From Nemertoderma westbladi (lineage: Eukaryota; Animalia; Xenacoelomorpha): a DNA stretch of 43,388 bases. Each line of letters opens with the position of its first letter. Within the stretch, counting starts at the first letter, position 1. Both the position numbers and the translations under genes were made by a program. The notes under the pieces were generated by a model. That model ran no database searches. It had not been told where the DNA came from and saw only the letters and a program-made list of their open reading frames with translations. Shown one piece after another: positions 23,501 through 37,741 of this stretch. The stretch is taken from contig JAUCBJ010000693.1 in assembly GCA_032718475.1 (NCBI GenBank), positions 1-43,388 on the forward strand. The letters are read 5' to 3'.

Positions 23501-25029
23501 AAATACTTGTCACATCTGCCTTTTTCTATCTGTTTTACTATGCTTCACCACGGTGAACTCAACTGAGGGACAGGATGGCTGGCTAGACATCGGGCCGCAG
23601 CAATGAACGGGAACATCTAAGGAATGTAGACAGGAGACAACCCGCAATATCATCTTAGTTATTCGCCCATCGCCTGAAAGGTTAGACAGCGTTCGATGCC
23701 TTGCTACCTAAGTATAAGACCAAAGATCGAAGGTAGAGGTAGTGACACGCTGTACGCCTAAAATTACATCTAGGGACTGTACTGTTTTAATTCAGGAAAA
23801 AACCGCAGTAGACCTTCATATTCCTACGGGGGGGGGGGGGGGGGAGAGCAGGCAGAGATACTAGTACGCAGATAGGACGTAGGCACACCGGTACAAAGCA
23901 TACACATTGGTAGGGTGCAGCAAACTGTACGCCTAACTCTTGCTAAGTACAGGTGCGTCTGCGACTATTTGTAGTACAACGGTGTCTATTGCATTAGAAC
24001 TTGTAGGCTAGGAGGGTTACTGTGTTTCACCTGAATTAGGATTGTACCGTTCAGGCGGTAGGGCAGTTTACGACTAGGCGCAAATAAATTGAGGCTAATT
24101 AGGGATACTAACATCTACCGTGTCCCCGCCGACATCCTGATAGGAAGTTACCAAGCCCACCTAGGTAACCAAATTTCTAGATAGGACGCCAGGCTAGCTA
24201 TTAGTAACCGTACGCCTACTGTAGTAAACTAACACATTTCTTCTTAGTATTAGGGACCTGGTAAATAAAATTGCCGATTTCTGGGCATAGTATTAATCTT
24301 ATGCCTGAATTTGAGTCCTGGAAATACGCAAGAGGGGAAGGAGCCTTATCATTCGTGAGTATTGGCCCTACAAGTTACAAAATTAGAATATTTGTAAAAT
24401 GCACACCGTACCCAGTAATTATATATGTGAAGGAGCAAAACTGCTTTTGACTGTTTAGAATTAACACACGCGCGCGTTAGAAATTATTTACACTTCAAAA
24501 TATATAAAATTAACTTTTGTCCGTACTGCGCTTTGCCCGCTAGTTAGACATCTCCAGATCTCTGCACCTAGCTAGCGTCCTTTTCGCCCAACCATATAAA
24601 TCACACCGCGGCAAAGTATACGAGCCCCTTAGTCCGTCAGTGAGTCAGCCTGATTTTAGGATTCGCTGCGCGGGATTTTGTTTTATCGAAGTTTGTCTGC
24701 TCGTAGACTGTTTTCTGCCTCACCGGTTATAAGGGACCAATACTGGAATACCAATACAAAATATTATTTTATGGATTTTTCCCTGGAGCAAAGAGTAAAG
24801 GAGGAGGACGCAGGAGGAGTAAACGAAATGTAATATGTCCTCTACTTAAAGTAATTGAATTGCCGTACCACTGTAATGAGAATTTCAAAGATTTTTGAGT
24901 CAAATATTTAATAATATCTCGAAACAGGAAATGTCTACAAGGCAGGCCTACATCCTAAGTTTGCATAGAGGATAAAACAAGCAGGAAACGAGCTGTATCA
25001 ACAAATCAGGCTGATAATATAACAAGTAT

Positions 25030-25265
25030 TGTCAAGTCAAGTCAAGTTTGTCAAGTCAAGTTTGTCAAGTCAAGTGATGTCAAGTCAGTATGTCAAGTCG
25101 TATGGCGCCAAGTCAAACTACTATCAAGTCACGTGATGTCAATCAAGGCATTAATTATGAAGTGATGTCGAGTCCAATGATGTCAAGTCAAGTGTCATAA
25201 AACCAAGTGATATCAAGTCAAATATTTTAAATTGATGAAAAGTGTTGTAAAGTCAAGTAAAGTCA
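25030..25265. repeat. Degenerate (GTCAA)n array (copy B ~33872-34092)
   Basis: Many TGTCAAGTCAAG variants. Confidence 0.85.
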
Positions 25266-25600
25266 TATACCATCATGATAAATGACCATGATGTCTGTCA
25301 CGGTTTTCTAATTATTGAAATGGCTTCCGTCAATTTGTTTCACCCACTGCATCGTACCCATCTTGTGAAATTCCACCATAAGAGGCAGGCAAAGAATCGC
25401 AAGTTTTCTTTGTTTTAGCTTTTCCAAGGCTCCTCATTGTTAAAATTGATTTCTAATATTAAGGGGACCATTATCTGATATTCATGATTCTGTATATAAA
25501 ACAAGATTTTTCACAATTTCTCAATTTTGACATTTTTCACTGTCAATTTTTTTATTTTTGTCCAAAAAGTTTGAGTCTACTCTATATACAGTATAGCATC

Positions 25601-25965
25601 TCTATATATATATATATAGCTGCAAACTCAAAATATTATAAGTAAAAAATGTCAAACTGAAAAATGTTGTGTTTGGTTTGATAATTCTGAAGGTATACGG
25701 GTTTTCGATGTTGCTGAACAGGATGACACTAGTTATAAATATTTCTGGTATGTGCATGTGCAAATCCCATTTTGGTGCCATTCAAGTGCCCCAAAACGAA
25801 AACTACAAGTAGCACAAAATTATAAAGTGTTAAATTTTGACTTTGGTTATAAATAACTATACTGGTTTTCAAAGTCGCTGATTACTACGATATAACTCGT
25901 AAAAAATCAATCGTGTTAACGCAACTATCATTTTTGCTGCTTGTCTGGTGGGACGGATAAATACG
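25601..25965 (+). mobile_element. Truncated copy of a non-autonomous, possibly Helitron-like repeat (copy B ~34424-34785)
   Basis: Starts TCTATATATA...TAGCTGCAAACTCAAAATATTATAAG; homologous to 27759-28110. Confidence 0.45.
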
Positions 25966-26407
25966 GATACTAGAAATATCCCAGGTATCGAAAGTATTAA
26001 TTGCTATTGGTAAAGGTAAAATAGGAGTCCATAAGGGAAAAACATTTTCCGATATTGATATTGAATTAAGTGATGTTTTATCAGATGATGGTTATCAGAT
26101 GACAGGTTATGCCTTTCTGACTGAAAATTCTGAAATTGACTTTCTCACATTGCGAAGTTCTATTTATCCTTCGCAGCTAATTAATTAGCCATAGCCATTC
26201 CTGGCAAATCTGAAATACGAATAAGGCTAAATATTAGGCTGATTAAGAGAACAAGAGTTCGTGCTCTTCTATTTAATTTATAGAATTACTATTTATTGTA
26301 TTTTAGGTGGTAGCAGCAGCGGGGGACTGATACCTCCAGGTAAATTATAAATATCACGCGTAATTATATCCGTAGCTGTTCCCATAGTTGGTAGGTGCTA
26401 AAATGCA

Positions 26408-26760
26408 CAACGAGCAACAATGACTAACATCGAGCAACAATGAGCAACAATGAGCAGCAATGAGCAATAACAAGCAATAATAAAGTACAAGAACGAGCAA
26501 CAATGAGCAACAACGAACAACTACGAGCAATAATGAGCAACAACAAGCAGTAATAAAGTACAAGAACGAGCAACAATGAGCAACAACGAACAACAATGAG
26601 CAACAACGAACAACAATGAGCAACAACGAGCAACAATGAGCAACAACAAGCAATAATAAAGTACAAGAACAAGCAACAATGAGCAACAACGAACAACAAC
26701 GAGCAACAATGAACAATAACAAGCAATAAAAAAGTACAAGAACGAGCAACAATGAGCAAC
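26408..26760. repeat. CAA-rich minisatellite on a GAGCAACAAT 10-mer (copy B 35230-35549)
   Basis: Direct reading; higher-order AAAGTACAAGAAC interruptions. Confidence 0.95.
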
Positions 26761-26777
26761 GTAATGCAATGTAATGA

Positions 26778-27292
26778 TATAATGAGTTACGTGCCGTTAT
26801 ATAGCCCGTTGGAATATCGTTATGTAGCCAGTAGGAAAGTTGTTATATAATGAGTTAAGTGCCATTATATAGCCCGTTGGAATATCGTTATATAGCCAGT
26901 AGGAAAGTCGTTATATAATGAGTTAAGTGCCGTTATATAGTCCGTTGGAATATCGTTATATAGCCAGTAGGAAAGTCGTTATATAATGAGTAAGTGCCGT
27001 TATATAGTCCGTTGGAATATCGTTATATAGCCAGTAGGAAAGTCGTTATAATGAGTTAAATGCCGTTATATAGTCCGTTGGAATATCGTTATATAGCCAG
27101 TAGGAAAGTCGTTATATAATGAGTTAAATGCCGTTATATAGTCCGTTGGAATATCGTTATATAGCCAGTAGGAAATTCGTTATATAATGAGTTAAGTGCC
27201 GTTATATAGTCCGTTGGAATATCGTTATATAGCCTGTAAGGAAAGTCGTTTTATTATGAGTTACGTGCCGTTATATAGTCCATTGGAAAATC
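26778..27292. repeat. 68-bp tandem repeat, ~7.6 copies (~5.6 copies at 35567-35950)
   Basis: Unit TATAATGAGTTAAGTGCCGTTATATAGTCCGTTGGAATATCGTTATATAGCCAGTAGGAAAGTCGTTA. Confidence 0.95.
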
Positions 27293-27758
27293 GTGTTTCA
27301 TATTAATTGGATCACAAGGGCGTTTATTTTTGGTAAAATAGTTGCCTGTCAGATTATTTTTGAGTATAATGGTAATAACAATAATATATTACTAACTACT
27401 ACAATGTAACAATTATATGTTGAGAGTCTAGTACAACTGGGCCCGGATATTTCCATTCATATAGTGCAACCCTTGTCTTTCTGTTTTGAAACACTTAACT
27501 TGTTTTTCAGTAATCGAGATTATATAATTAGTTAAAATTGTAATTAAATATTTCTTATATATTCGGCGAACTCCTGATAAGTGTGTGGGTGGAGGGTCAT
27601 ATTAACAACACGACTCATATCACCGCCTGCCGTTTTTCCATTCATCGCATTATATGTGCTGTATTTCCCGTACATACATTCGCCTCATTGCTTGATATAT
27701 GCAAAAGCGTAAAATAAAATATAAAAAAGCGTTAAAAGATTATATACTACACTACTAC

Positions 27759-28320
27759 TCTATATACTAATAGCTGCAAACTCAAAATATTATAAGTAAA
27801 AAAATGTCAAACTAAAAAATGTTGTGTTTGGTTTGATAATTCTGAAGGTATACGTGTTTTCGATGTCGCTGATCACGATGAAACTAGTTACAAATATTTC
27901 TGGTAAAGCAAACCCATTTGTCGTGCCATTCTGGTGCCCAGAACGAAAAGTACAAATAGCACAAAATTATAAACTGTTAAATTTTGCCTTGGGTTTGGTA
28001 ATTCTGAAGCTGTACCGATTTTCAAGGTCGCTGATCACGATACAACTCGTTAAAAATAATTTGTGGTAACGCAACAATCATTTTTGGTGCTTGTCTGGTG
28101 GGACGAAAAATACAAGTTAGCGTAAAATTTCAAACGCCAAAGTTCGATTTCTTCGAAATTTTGGTTGGATAATAACGATATTTTTGAGTGTCATGTTCGT
28201 GATCAGCATCCCAAAAAACCTATATGGTCATCAAATTATTTGGTTTTATTAAGGATTAATAAATCTTGTTTGTAATGCAAAAAATTGATTCAAAATCGAA
28301 ATACGGCCCTCGCACAGCAC
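27759..28320 (+). mobile_element. Non-autonomous, possibly Helitron-like repeat (copy B ~36407-36969)
   Basis: 5' TCTATATACTAATAGCTG; internal repeated GTCGCTGATCACGA motif (direct and inverted). No 3' CTAG seen. Confidence 0.45.
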
Positions 28321-29026
28321 AATATATAATATGTATATGAGATCATCCACTGTGTTCATCCGTGGGAGTTAGTGTGGAGTCCCCCTTGCCTTGTACGTAA
28401 AAACAAGAGAAGGAAGCAAGAGAAAGAGTTCCCTTAATGTTGCCTCCAGTGTTTCATATTCACAGATAAATTTACATTACCCCGAATTATTATGAACCCG
28501 AATTTGTGGGGCAAGGGGCCTTCCTATTTACATCACAAATCAATATCGCCGTAGTCCGGCTGCCCCATCCATTGCATTAGCTACACTACTGTCTGGCCAG
28601 CAGACATATATTCGCCTTCAAGCTCGATATATTGCCTTCTCTAACAATGGAATCGCCGTTCACTCCATGTAAACAATTAATGTTCCTACAACTCGTGTTA
28701 TAAATTCCATGAGATAATTTTAATCAATATTGATGGTGTCATTTGTTTGATGTTAGCACAACTATTACATGTTAGCAGAACTCTAGTCAATGATTTTTGA
28801 ATGTTCAAGAAGAGGACGCTAAAGGGATACACGATTTTTTTCCCTCACATTTCAGGTATTGCAAAGTGGCACTTGTGCTAACATTACAAAGAGTACATGG
28901 GGACCCGATCAAAACGTCGGACACATGTTCCTGATCAAATGTCAGCTCAACTTGTTACCACTATTTTTTTGTCACCACAACTGCCATTTTTGATAGCCAA
29001 ATGTTAGCACAACTGCCAGTTGGATA

Positions 29027-29230
<204 letters not shown>

Positions 29231-29687
29231 GATAGCCGATTGCTAGTTGTGCCGACGCACTATTTGTTCAGAGTTGTGCCCTTTCAGTGGGACTGATTAT
29301 TTGAAAATTGTGGTGACATCAATTCCTGTGCTACCACTAGGGGGTGTGGTGTATAATGTGAGGGTAATGTGAGGGAGTGTGATATTGCTTTTTCGTCTTT
29401 GGTTATTTATTGATATTAAGTTTCTTTGATTGTAGGCACAACTTGGTGTCCGGAAACATCATATATCGTGTATAATTGAGGGGAATAACAAATTGAATAT
29501 TTAAGATCGCGATGTTATATTATAGTGCTTTTAATGAAACATCGAATATCACTAATTTTTAATTGTATAAGTTGTTGAACAAATTATATGAATGCTGAAT
29601 GGGAAATTATTCTTATTATATTTTTATTATAAGGTGGTCGATAAAGCAATTTCCAGGCTCAATTTCTTTGTAAATGTACGGTCTCAG

Positions 29688-29881
29688 GAATTCTTAGCAT
29701 GCGAGTATTCCTAGCCCGTGGGTATTCTTAGCCTTGCATTCTTAGCCCATGGGTATTCTTAGCCCGCGAAACAATAACGTTTATTGTTTTGGTTCCCCCA
29801 ATACTCCTCTGAAACCTGCTCCTTTGCTAACCTGCTCCTTTACTAACTCGCGGGCTAAGAACACTCGCGGGCTAAGAATTC
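29688..29881. repeat. Small element with repeated inverted termini (right end lost in copy A ~16510-16645)
   Basis: GAATTCTTAGC...GCTAAGAATTC with repeated TTCTTAGCCC / GGGCTAAGAA; internal AACCTGCTCCTTT repeats. Confidence 0.55.
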
Positions 29882-31339
29882 ACCCAACAAATGTACTTGT
29901 TCCGAGCTGTGAATTCTACATTTCTTCTATATTGAATGTACAGCAGCAGGGCATTAGAAATTTGAATCATTGCTTCACGAAATAAAAGAAAAGGATTATT
30001 GTAATATTTCGTTTTATTCCATATCGTAACATCCAATCTTTTAACACCCTATCTCGTATAATCATGCCTCCCCCATCTCGTAGCACGTAATGCATTATTG
30101 TCAAAAAATTTGCAAAATAAACTTGGTCTCTAATCCGATCTATAGACTCTTGGGTGTCCACAACGGTATTAGTACATAGAACAACAGATTGGCAATAATA
30201 ATTTGCTACAAGCGTGCAATAATAAATACAAAAGGGTGAGTACAAAACAAATACACAAGACCCAAAAACTTAAGACCTGTACGAAACACATGTGATAACT
30301 TTCGTTTATTGTTTTGGTTCCCCCAACTATGACTATGTAACCTGCTCCTTTACTAACCTGCTCCTTTAAATGCCAATGAGACCTAACGCTCTTTGGGACC
30401 TAACGCTACTTTACCTCTTAGTTTTGTAAGTCCTTGGTCTTCGTTTTGTACTGACCCAGATACAAGAGCAGAAAACCAGCTATATCGTCCTGCTACAACG
30501 TTATTAACTTCAGCAACTGTATCATAGACCTATTTGCCTTTAACACTTTGCGTACCAACACGGTACGAGTTCATCACACGTATTGTCATGACACGTACTC
30601 GTGTTCATAATTCATGAAAATGCTCATAATGCCGCCTTTAAATACTGTAATTATAACTTAACCCCCATGGCAGCAAAGTGCCACCTTTACATATATATAA
30701 TATTATCCTGATCCCCAGGGTAGCAGTGTTTCGCCTTTATATAATTATAACCTAACCCTCATGGCGGCAGAGTGCCGCCTTTACATATATTATCCTGACT
30801 CCCATGGCGACAGGGTGCCGCCTCTTTATAAAAACCTCTTATAACTTTCTTATAACTATTGGGGCGGATAAATGGAGTTCATATTCGTGTCGTGCAGGAA
30901 AAACTGGTCTAGAAAAATTAATTTATTGCTTGAAGGGATTCCTGTTGGTTTGATTAATTTTAAATTACATAGTTTATGCAATTTAATTTAAATTTAGCCA
31001 ATAATTATGTTACAAATGATTAAGGCTGCAGTGTGCCCCCCGGAGTTCAAATGAAAGATTTATAAATTTCGAAAATGGTTAAAGGCGGCAGTGTGCCGCC
31101 TTTGAGGGTAGGATAAGTAATAATATGGTTATCCTCTTTATACTGTATATAACCACAAAATAAACCTTGGTACGATCAAATATACTTTCTTGGAAGTAAA
31201 AATCTTTATCTTTATCTTTGGTACACAAAGGGCTACACTTATTTTCTTAAAATTTAATAATAGTTTGAGTAGGTTCTCGAGAATTTCGTTGCCATATTCG
31301 TAAACATGACGATTGTAATGTTGTGATAGACATAAGAGC

Positions 31340-32394
31340 TTAGGGCGGTGCGTTTTTTACTTTTTATCGATTTCATTGTTCTACCGGTGCACAAAAGTTG
31401 CCAAATGGTAAAAAAATAAGGCAAAAAAAAATTCTTTAAATTTCATCTATATCTTCACGGATCCCAAGAGGGTTGAAATTTTGTGCCATCGCGATGCACC
31501 ATAATGAAATGTATAACAATATAACACATTGATGAAAGATCAATGACTCAAAAAAGAACTTCCTGCATGCATCAAATGTCATGAAATGGGTCCAAACTTA
31601 GTTAGATACCAAAATTTTAACTTTTGGGTCAAGGGAACTAGTGCCACAGGCACATGGCCAGGACCTACCATTTGGCGCAAGTGATGATTATTCTCAATTT
31701 TCGCGATGGCCAACTTTGATTTATCCTACTGCATTCATATTATGCTCATTAGAACCGCAATTGCCGATTTAGTGGGGGTAGACACCTTCAAAACAAGCAT
31801 AGAGCGAATAGTTCTTGAGATATCGCAGAAAATGTGAAGTACGGCACAAGTCTACATTACCGCCTTGATGTGATATGGACAAATACACAATAAATGATAT
31901 TTTGAATTATCTCAAGGAATCAAATTCGCTCTATGCTTATTTTGATGGTGTCTACCCCCACTAAATCGGTCATTGCGGTTCTAATGAGCATAATAATAAT
32001 GCCGTAGGAGAACTAAAAGTTGTCCATCACCAAAATTGAGAATAATCATCACTTGCGCCAAAGAGTAGGTTCTGGTCATGTGCCTGTGGCACAACTTCCC
32101 TTGATCCAAAAATTAAAATTTTGGTATCTAACTAAGTTTGGACCCATTTCATGACATTTGATGCATGCAGGAAGTTCTTTTTTGAGTCATTGATCTTTCA
32201 TCAATGTGTTATGTTGTTATACATTTCATTATGGTGCATCGCGATGGCACAAAATTTCAACCTTCTTGGGATCCATGAAGACATAGACGAAATTTAAAGA
32301 AATTTTTTTTGCCTTATTTTTTTTACCATTTGGCAACTTTTGTGCACCGGTAGAACAATGAAATCGAAAAAAAGTAAAAAACGCACCGCCCTAA
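31340..32394. mobile_element. Foldback/MITE DNA element with ~480-bp inverted arms
   Basis: TTAGGGCGGTGCG...CGCACCGCCCTAA; arms pair inward to ~31822/31908. TSD AGAGC; empty site in copy A at ~21602. Confidence 0.92.
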
Positions 32395-35300
32395 AGAGCA
32401 TATTGCTTAAAATATATTAAATATAATATAAATATAATTTGCTATACAAATTTCTGGCTGCTTATATTGCATGCATATAGTCCAACAAAATCAAATCTTA
32501 GTCTCACACAGTCTCATATAGGAATAGGCAATCAAAGTGTCATCTATGTACCCCTTTCGATATCGCTTAATGCACTGAATTCTTAATAATAATATACAAT
32601 TATTTCTTATATTTAATAAACTGTAATTTTATTAGGAAGAACTTTCACCTTTCTGTAATATAGTATACTTCTAAGAATACACCTCATTAGTAATAATAAT
32701 GTTATAAGTTTAATTAGATTGTTTACTCGGGCAAATGGGTGGCTTTTAATATAAATGCTATTTAATTATTTATTTAATACTAAATATTATTACCCTTAAC
32801 AAAGGATGTTACCCAATACATGAAAACTATTTTTTGCTCCAATCATGTCTTGATGAATAAAATATAAAAAAGTAGAAAGTTTCATGGGTGGTGCTAAAAA
32901 TTCTGGAACATTTAATACAAAAATCGACACACCGGCACTATTAATGGTATAGTACCCTATTAATTAAAAGTATGAAGAGACAAACATTTACTGATAATTA
33001 ATAGGTAGAGAACTATAGAGAAACCCCCCCACACAGCACAAATATCAGTTAAAAATTATAAAATAGAGTTAAGTACAGAAGAGGCGATGTAGATTAATTA
33101 GCTAGTTGCTGCATATGACGTTCCTATCCTGTCTGGCCTTATGGCAGCCCAGCACCATCTTCCAGTCCAAGCCCACTTCTCCATTTGATGCGTGACCCAC
33201 GAACGCAATGGGATGCGCCTCGGATAAGGGTAAACTGGACTCGTGTCCAACTCTTACTGTCTTACTCGGGTAATTTGGTTAGCGCAAATTTGCGGGATTT
33301 CCGGCATCGGGACCGGGATTATCACTCTCGGGATCCCGTATGCGTAAAACTTAACTATAAATAAACTTCAATAAACACTATATTACGTAACTAACGGTCA
33401 ACAGTCAAATTTGGCAAGTATATAAATACACCTTGCCTGTTTTGGCAAGTATATAAATACACCTTGCCTGTTTTGGCAAGTATTTAAATATGTATTGCCT
33501 GTTCTGGTAAGTATTTGAATTTGATAGAGTATATTATAAATATGATGGAAACTTCCTGTAAGTTTCACGTTGAATAATTATTCCAGTTGAATAAATTATA
33601 AAACAAAATATTATTTTATGGCTTTTTCCCTGGAGCAAAGAGTAGTAACGCAAGAGGAGTAAACGAACAAATGTAATATGTCCTCTACTTAAAGTAATTG
33701 AATTGCCCTACTACTGTAATGAGAATTTCAAAGATTTTTGAGTCAAATTTTTATAATATCTCGAAACAGGAAATGTCTACAAAGTAGGCCTACATCCTAA
33801 ATTTGCATAGAGGATAAAACAAGCAGGAAACGAGCTGTATCAACAAATCAGGGTGATAATATAACAAGTATTATCAAGTCAAGTCAAGTTTGTCAAGTCA
33901 AGTGATGTCAAGTCAGTATGTCAAGTCGTATGGCGCCAAGTCAAACTACTATCAAGTCACGTGATGTCAATCAAGGCATTAATTATGAAGTGATGTCGAG
34001 TCCAATGATGTCAAGTCAAGTGTCATAAAACCAAGTGATATCAAGTCAAATAATTTAAATTGTTAAAAAGTGTTGTAAAGTCAAGTGAAGTCATATACCA
34101 TCATGATAAATGACCATGATGTCTGTCACGGTTTTCTAATTATTGAAATGGCTTCCGTCAATTTGTTTCACCCACTGCATCGTACCCATCTTGTGAAATT
34201 CCACCATAAGAGGCAGGCAAAGAATCGCAAGTTTTCTTTGTTTTAGCTTTTCCAAGGCTCGTCATTGTTAAAATTGATTTCTAATATTAAGGGGACCATT
34301 ATCTGATATTCATGATTCTGTATATAAAACAAGATTTTTCACAATTTCTCAATTTTGACATTTTCCACTGTCAATTTTTTTATTTTTGTCCAAAAAGTTT
34401 GAGTCTACTCTATATATAGCATCTCTATATATATATATATAGCTGCAAACTCAAAATATTATAAGTAAAAAATGTCAAACTGAAAAATGTTGTGTTTGGT
34501 TTGATAATTCTGAAGGTATACGGGTTTTCGATGTCGCTGAACAGGATGACACTAGTTATAACTATTTCTGGTATGTGCATGTGCAAATCCCATTTTGGTG
34601 CCATTCAAGTGCCCCAAAACGAAAACTACAAGTAGCACAAAATTATAAAGTGTTAAATTTTGACTTTGGTTATAAATATCTATACTGGTTTTCAAAGTCG
34701 CTGATTACTACGATATAACTCGTAAAAAATCATTCGTGCTAACGCAACTATCATTTTTGCTGCTTGTCTGGTGGGACGGATAAATACGGATACTAGAAAT
34801 ATCCCAGGTATCGAAAGTATTAATTGCTATTGGTAAAGGTAAAATAGGAGTCCATAAGGGAAAAACATTTTCCGATATTGATATTGAATTAAGTGATGTT
34901 TTATCAGATGATGGTTATCAGATGACAGGTTATGCCTCTCTGACTGAAAATTCTGAAATTGACTTTCTCACATTGCGAATTTCTATTTATCCTTCGAGGC
35001 TAATTAATTAGCCATAGCCATTCCTGGCAAATCTGAAATACGAATAAGGCTAAATATTAGGCTGATTAAGAGAACAAGAGTTCGTGCTCTTCTATTTAAT
35101 TTATAGAATTACTATTTATTGTATTTTAGGTGGTAGCAGCATCGGGGGACTGATACCTCCAGGTAAATTATAAATATCACGCGTAATTATATCCGTAGCT
35201 GTTCCCATAGTTGGTAGGTGCTAAAATGCACAACGAGCAACAATGACCAACAGCGAGCAACAATGAGCAACAGCGAGCAACAATGACCAACAGCGAGCAA

Positions 35301-37678
35301 CAATGAGCAACAGCGAGCAACAATGACCAACCAGCGAGCAACAATGAGCAGCAATGAGCAATAACAAGCAATAATAAAGAACAAGAACGAGCAACAATGA
35401 GCAACAACGAACAACAATGAGCAACAATGACCAACAGCGAGCAACAATGAGCAACAGCGAGCAACAATGACCAACCAGCGAGCAACAATGAGCAGCAATG
35501 AGCAATAACAAGCAATAATAAAGTACAAGAACGAGCAACAATGAGCAACGTAATGCAATGCAATGATATAATGAGTTAAGTGCCGTTATATAGCCCGTTG
35601 GAATATCGTTATATAGCCAGTAGGAAAGTCGTTATATAAAGAGTTAAGTGCCGTTATATAGCCCGTTGGAATATCGTTATATAGCCAGTAGGAAAGTCGT
35701 TATATAATGAGTTAAGTGCCGTTATATAGTCCGTTGGAATATCGTTATATAGCCAGTAGGAAAGTCGTTATATAATGAGTTAAGTGCCGTTATATAGTCC
35801 GTTGTAATATCGATATATAGCCAGTAGGAAAGTCGTTATATAATGAGTTAAATGCCGTTATATAGCCCGTTGGAATATCGTTATATAGCCAGTAAGGAAA
35901 GTCGTTATATAATGAGTTAAGTGCCGTTATATAGTCCATTGGAAAATCGTGTTTCATATTAATTGGATCACAAGGGCGTTTATTTTTGGTAAAATAGTAG
36001 CCTGTCAGATTATTTTTGAGTATAATGGTAATAACAATAATATATTACTAACTACAATTATTAGATGTTGAGAGTCTAGTACAACTGGCCCCGAATATTT
36101 CCATTCATATAGTGCAACCCTTGTCTTTCTGTTTTGAAACACTTAACTTGTTTTTCAGTAATCGAGATTATATAATTAGTTAAAATTGTAATTAAATATT
36201 TCTTATATATTCGGCGAACTCCTGATAAGTGTGTGGGTGGAGGGTCATATTAACAACACGACTCATATCACCGCCTGCCGTTTTTCCATTCATCGCATTA
36301 TATGTGCTGTATTTCCCGTACATACATTCGCCTCATTGCTTGATATATGCAAAAGCGTAAAATAAGATATAAAAAAGCGTTAAAAGATTATATACTACAC
36401 TACTACTCTATATACTAATAGCTGCAAACTCAAAATATTATAAGTAAAAAAATGTCAAACTAAAAAATGTTGTGTTTGGTTTGATAATTCTGAAGGTATA
36501 CGGGTTTTCAATGTCGCTGATCACGATGAAACTAGTTACAAATATTTCAGGTAAAGCAAACCCATTTTTCGTGCCATTCTGGTGCCCCAGAACGAAAAGT
36601 ACAAATAGCACAAAATTATAAACTGTTAAATTTTGCCTTGGGTTTGGTAATTCTGAAGCTGTACCGATTTTCAAGGTCGCTGATCACGATACAACTCGTT
36701 AAAAATAATTTGTGGTAACGCAACAATCATTTTTGGTGCTTGTCTGGTGGGACGAAAAATACAAGTTAGCGTAAAATTTTAAACGCCAAAATTCGATTTC
36801 TTCGAAATTTTGGTTGGATAATAACGATATTTTTGAGTGTCATGTTCGTGATCAGCATCCCATAAAACCTATATGGTCATCAAATTATTTGGTTTTATTA
36901 AGGATTAATAAATCTTGTTTGTAATGCAAAAAATTTATTCAAAATCGAAATACGGCCCTCGCACAGCACAATATATAATATGTATATGAGATCATCCTCT
37001 GTGTTCATCCGTGTGAGCTAGTGTGGAGTCCCCCTTGCCTTGTACGTAAAAAGAAGAGAAGGAAGCAAGTGAAAGAGTACCCTTAATATTGCCTCCAGTA
37101 GTGCTTCATATTCACAGATAAATTTACATTTCCCCGAATTATTATCAACCCGAATTTGTGGGGCAAAGGGCCTTCCTATTTACATCACAAATCAATATAG
37201 CCGTAGTCCGGCTGCCCCATCCATTGCATTAGCTACACTACTGTCTGGCCAGCAGACATATATTCGCCTTCAAGCTCGATATATTGCCTTCTCTAACAAT
37301 GGCATCGCCGTTCACTCCATGTAAACAATTAATGTTCCTACAACTCGTGTTATAAATTCCATGAGATAATTTTAATCAATATTGATGGTGTCATTTGTTT
37401 GATGTTAGCACAACTATTACATGTTAGCAGAACTCTAGTCAATGATTTTTGAATGTTCAAGAAGAGGACGCTAAAGGGATACACGATTTTTTTCCCTCAC
37501 ATTTCAGGTATTGCAAAGTGGCACTTGTGCTAACATTACAAAGAGTACATGGGGACCCGATCAAAACGTCGGACACATGTCCCTGATCAAATGTCAGCTC
37601 AACTTGTTACCACTATTTTTTTGTCACCACAACTGCCATTTTTGATAGCCAAATGTTAGCACAACTGCCAGTTGGATA

Positions 37679-37681
<3 letters not shown>

Positions 37682-37733
<52 letters not shown>
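37682..37733. repeat. (CT)n microsatellite
   Basis: Direct reading; merges into E/R-coding repeats of the gag-like ORF. Confidence 0.99.

Positions 37734-37741
<8 letters not shown>

Noticed and set aside
26354-26769. Hydrophobic Cys/Leu-rich ORFs (also 35177-35563)
   Set aside because: Open in all three minus frames because of the CAA-rich minisatellite.
28380-28680. GC-richer patch near the unit's right end as a possible transposase relic
   Set aside because: The minus-strand frame tried has multiple stops and no recognisable motif.
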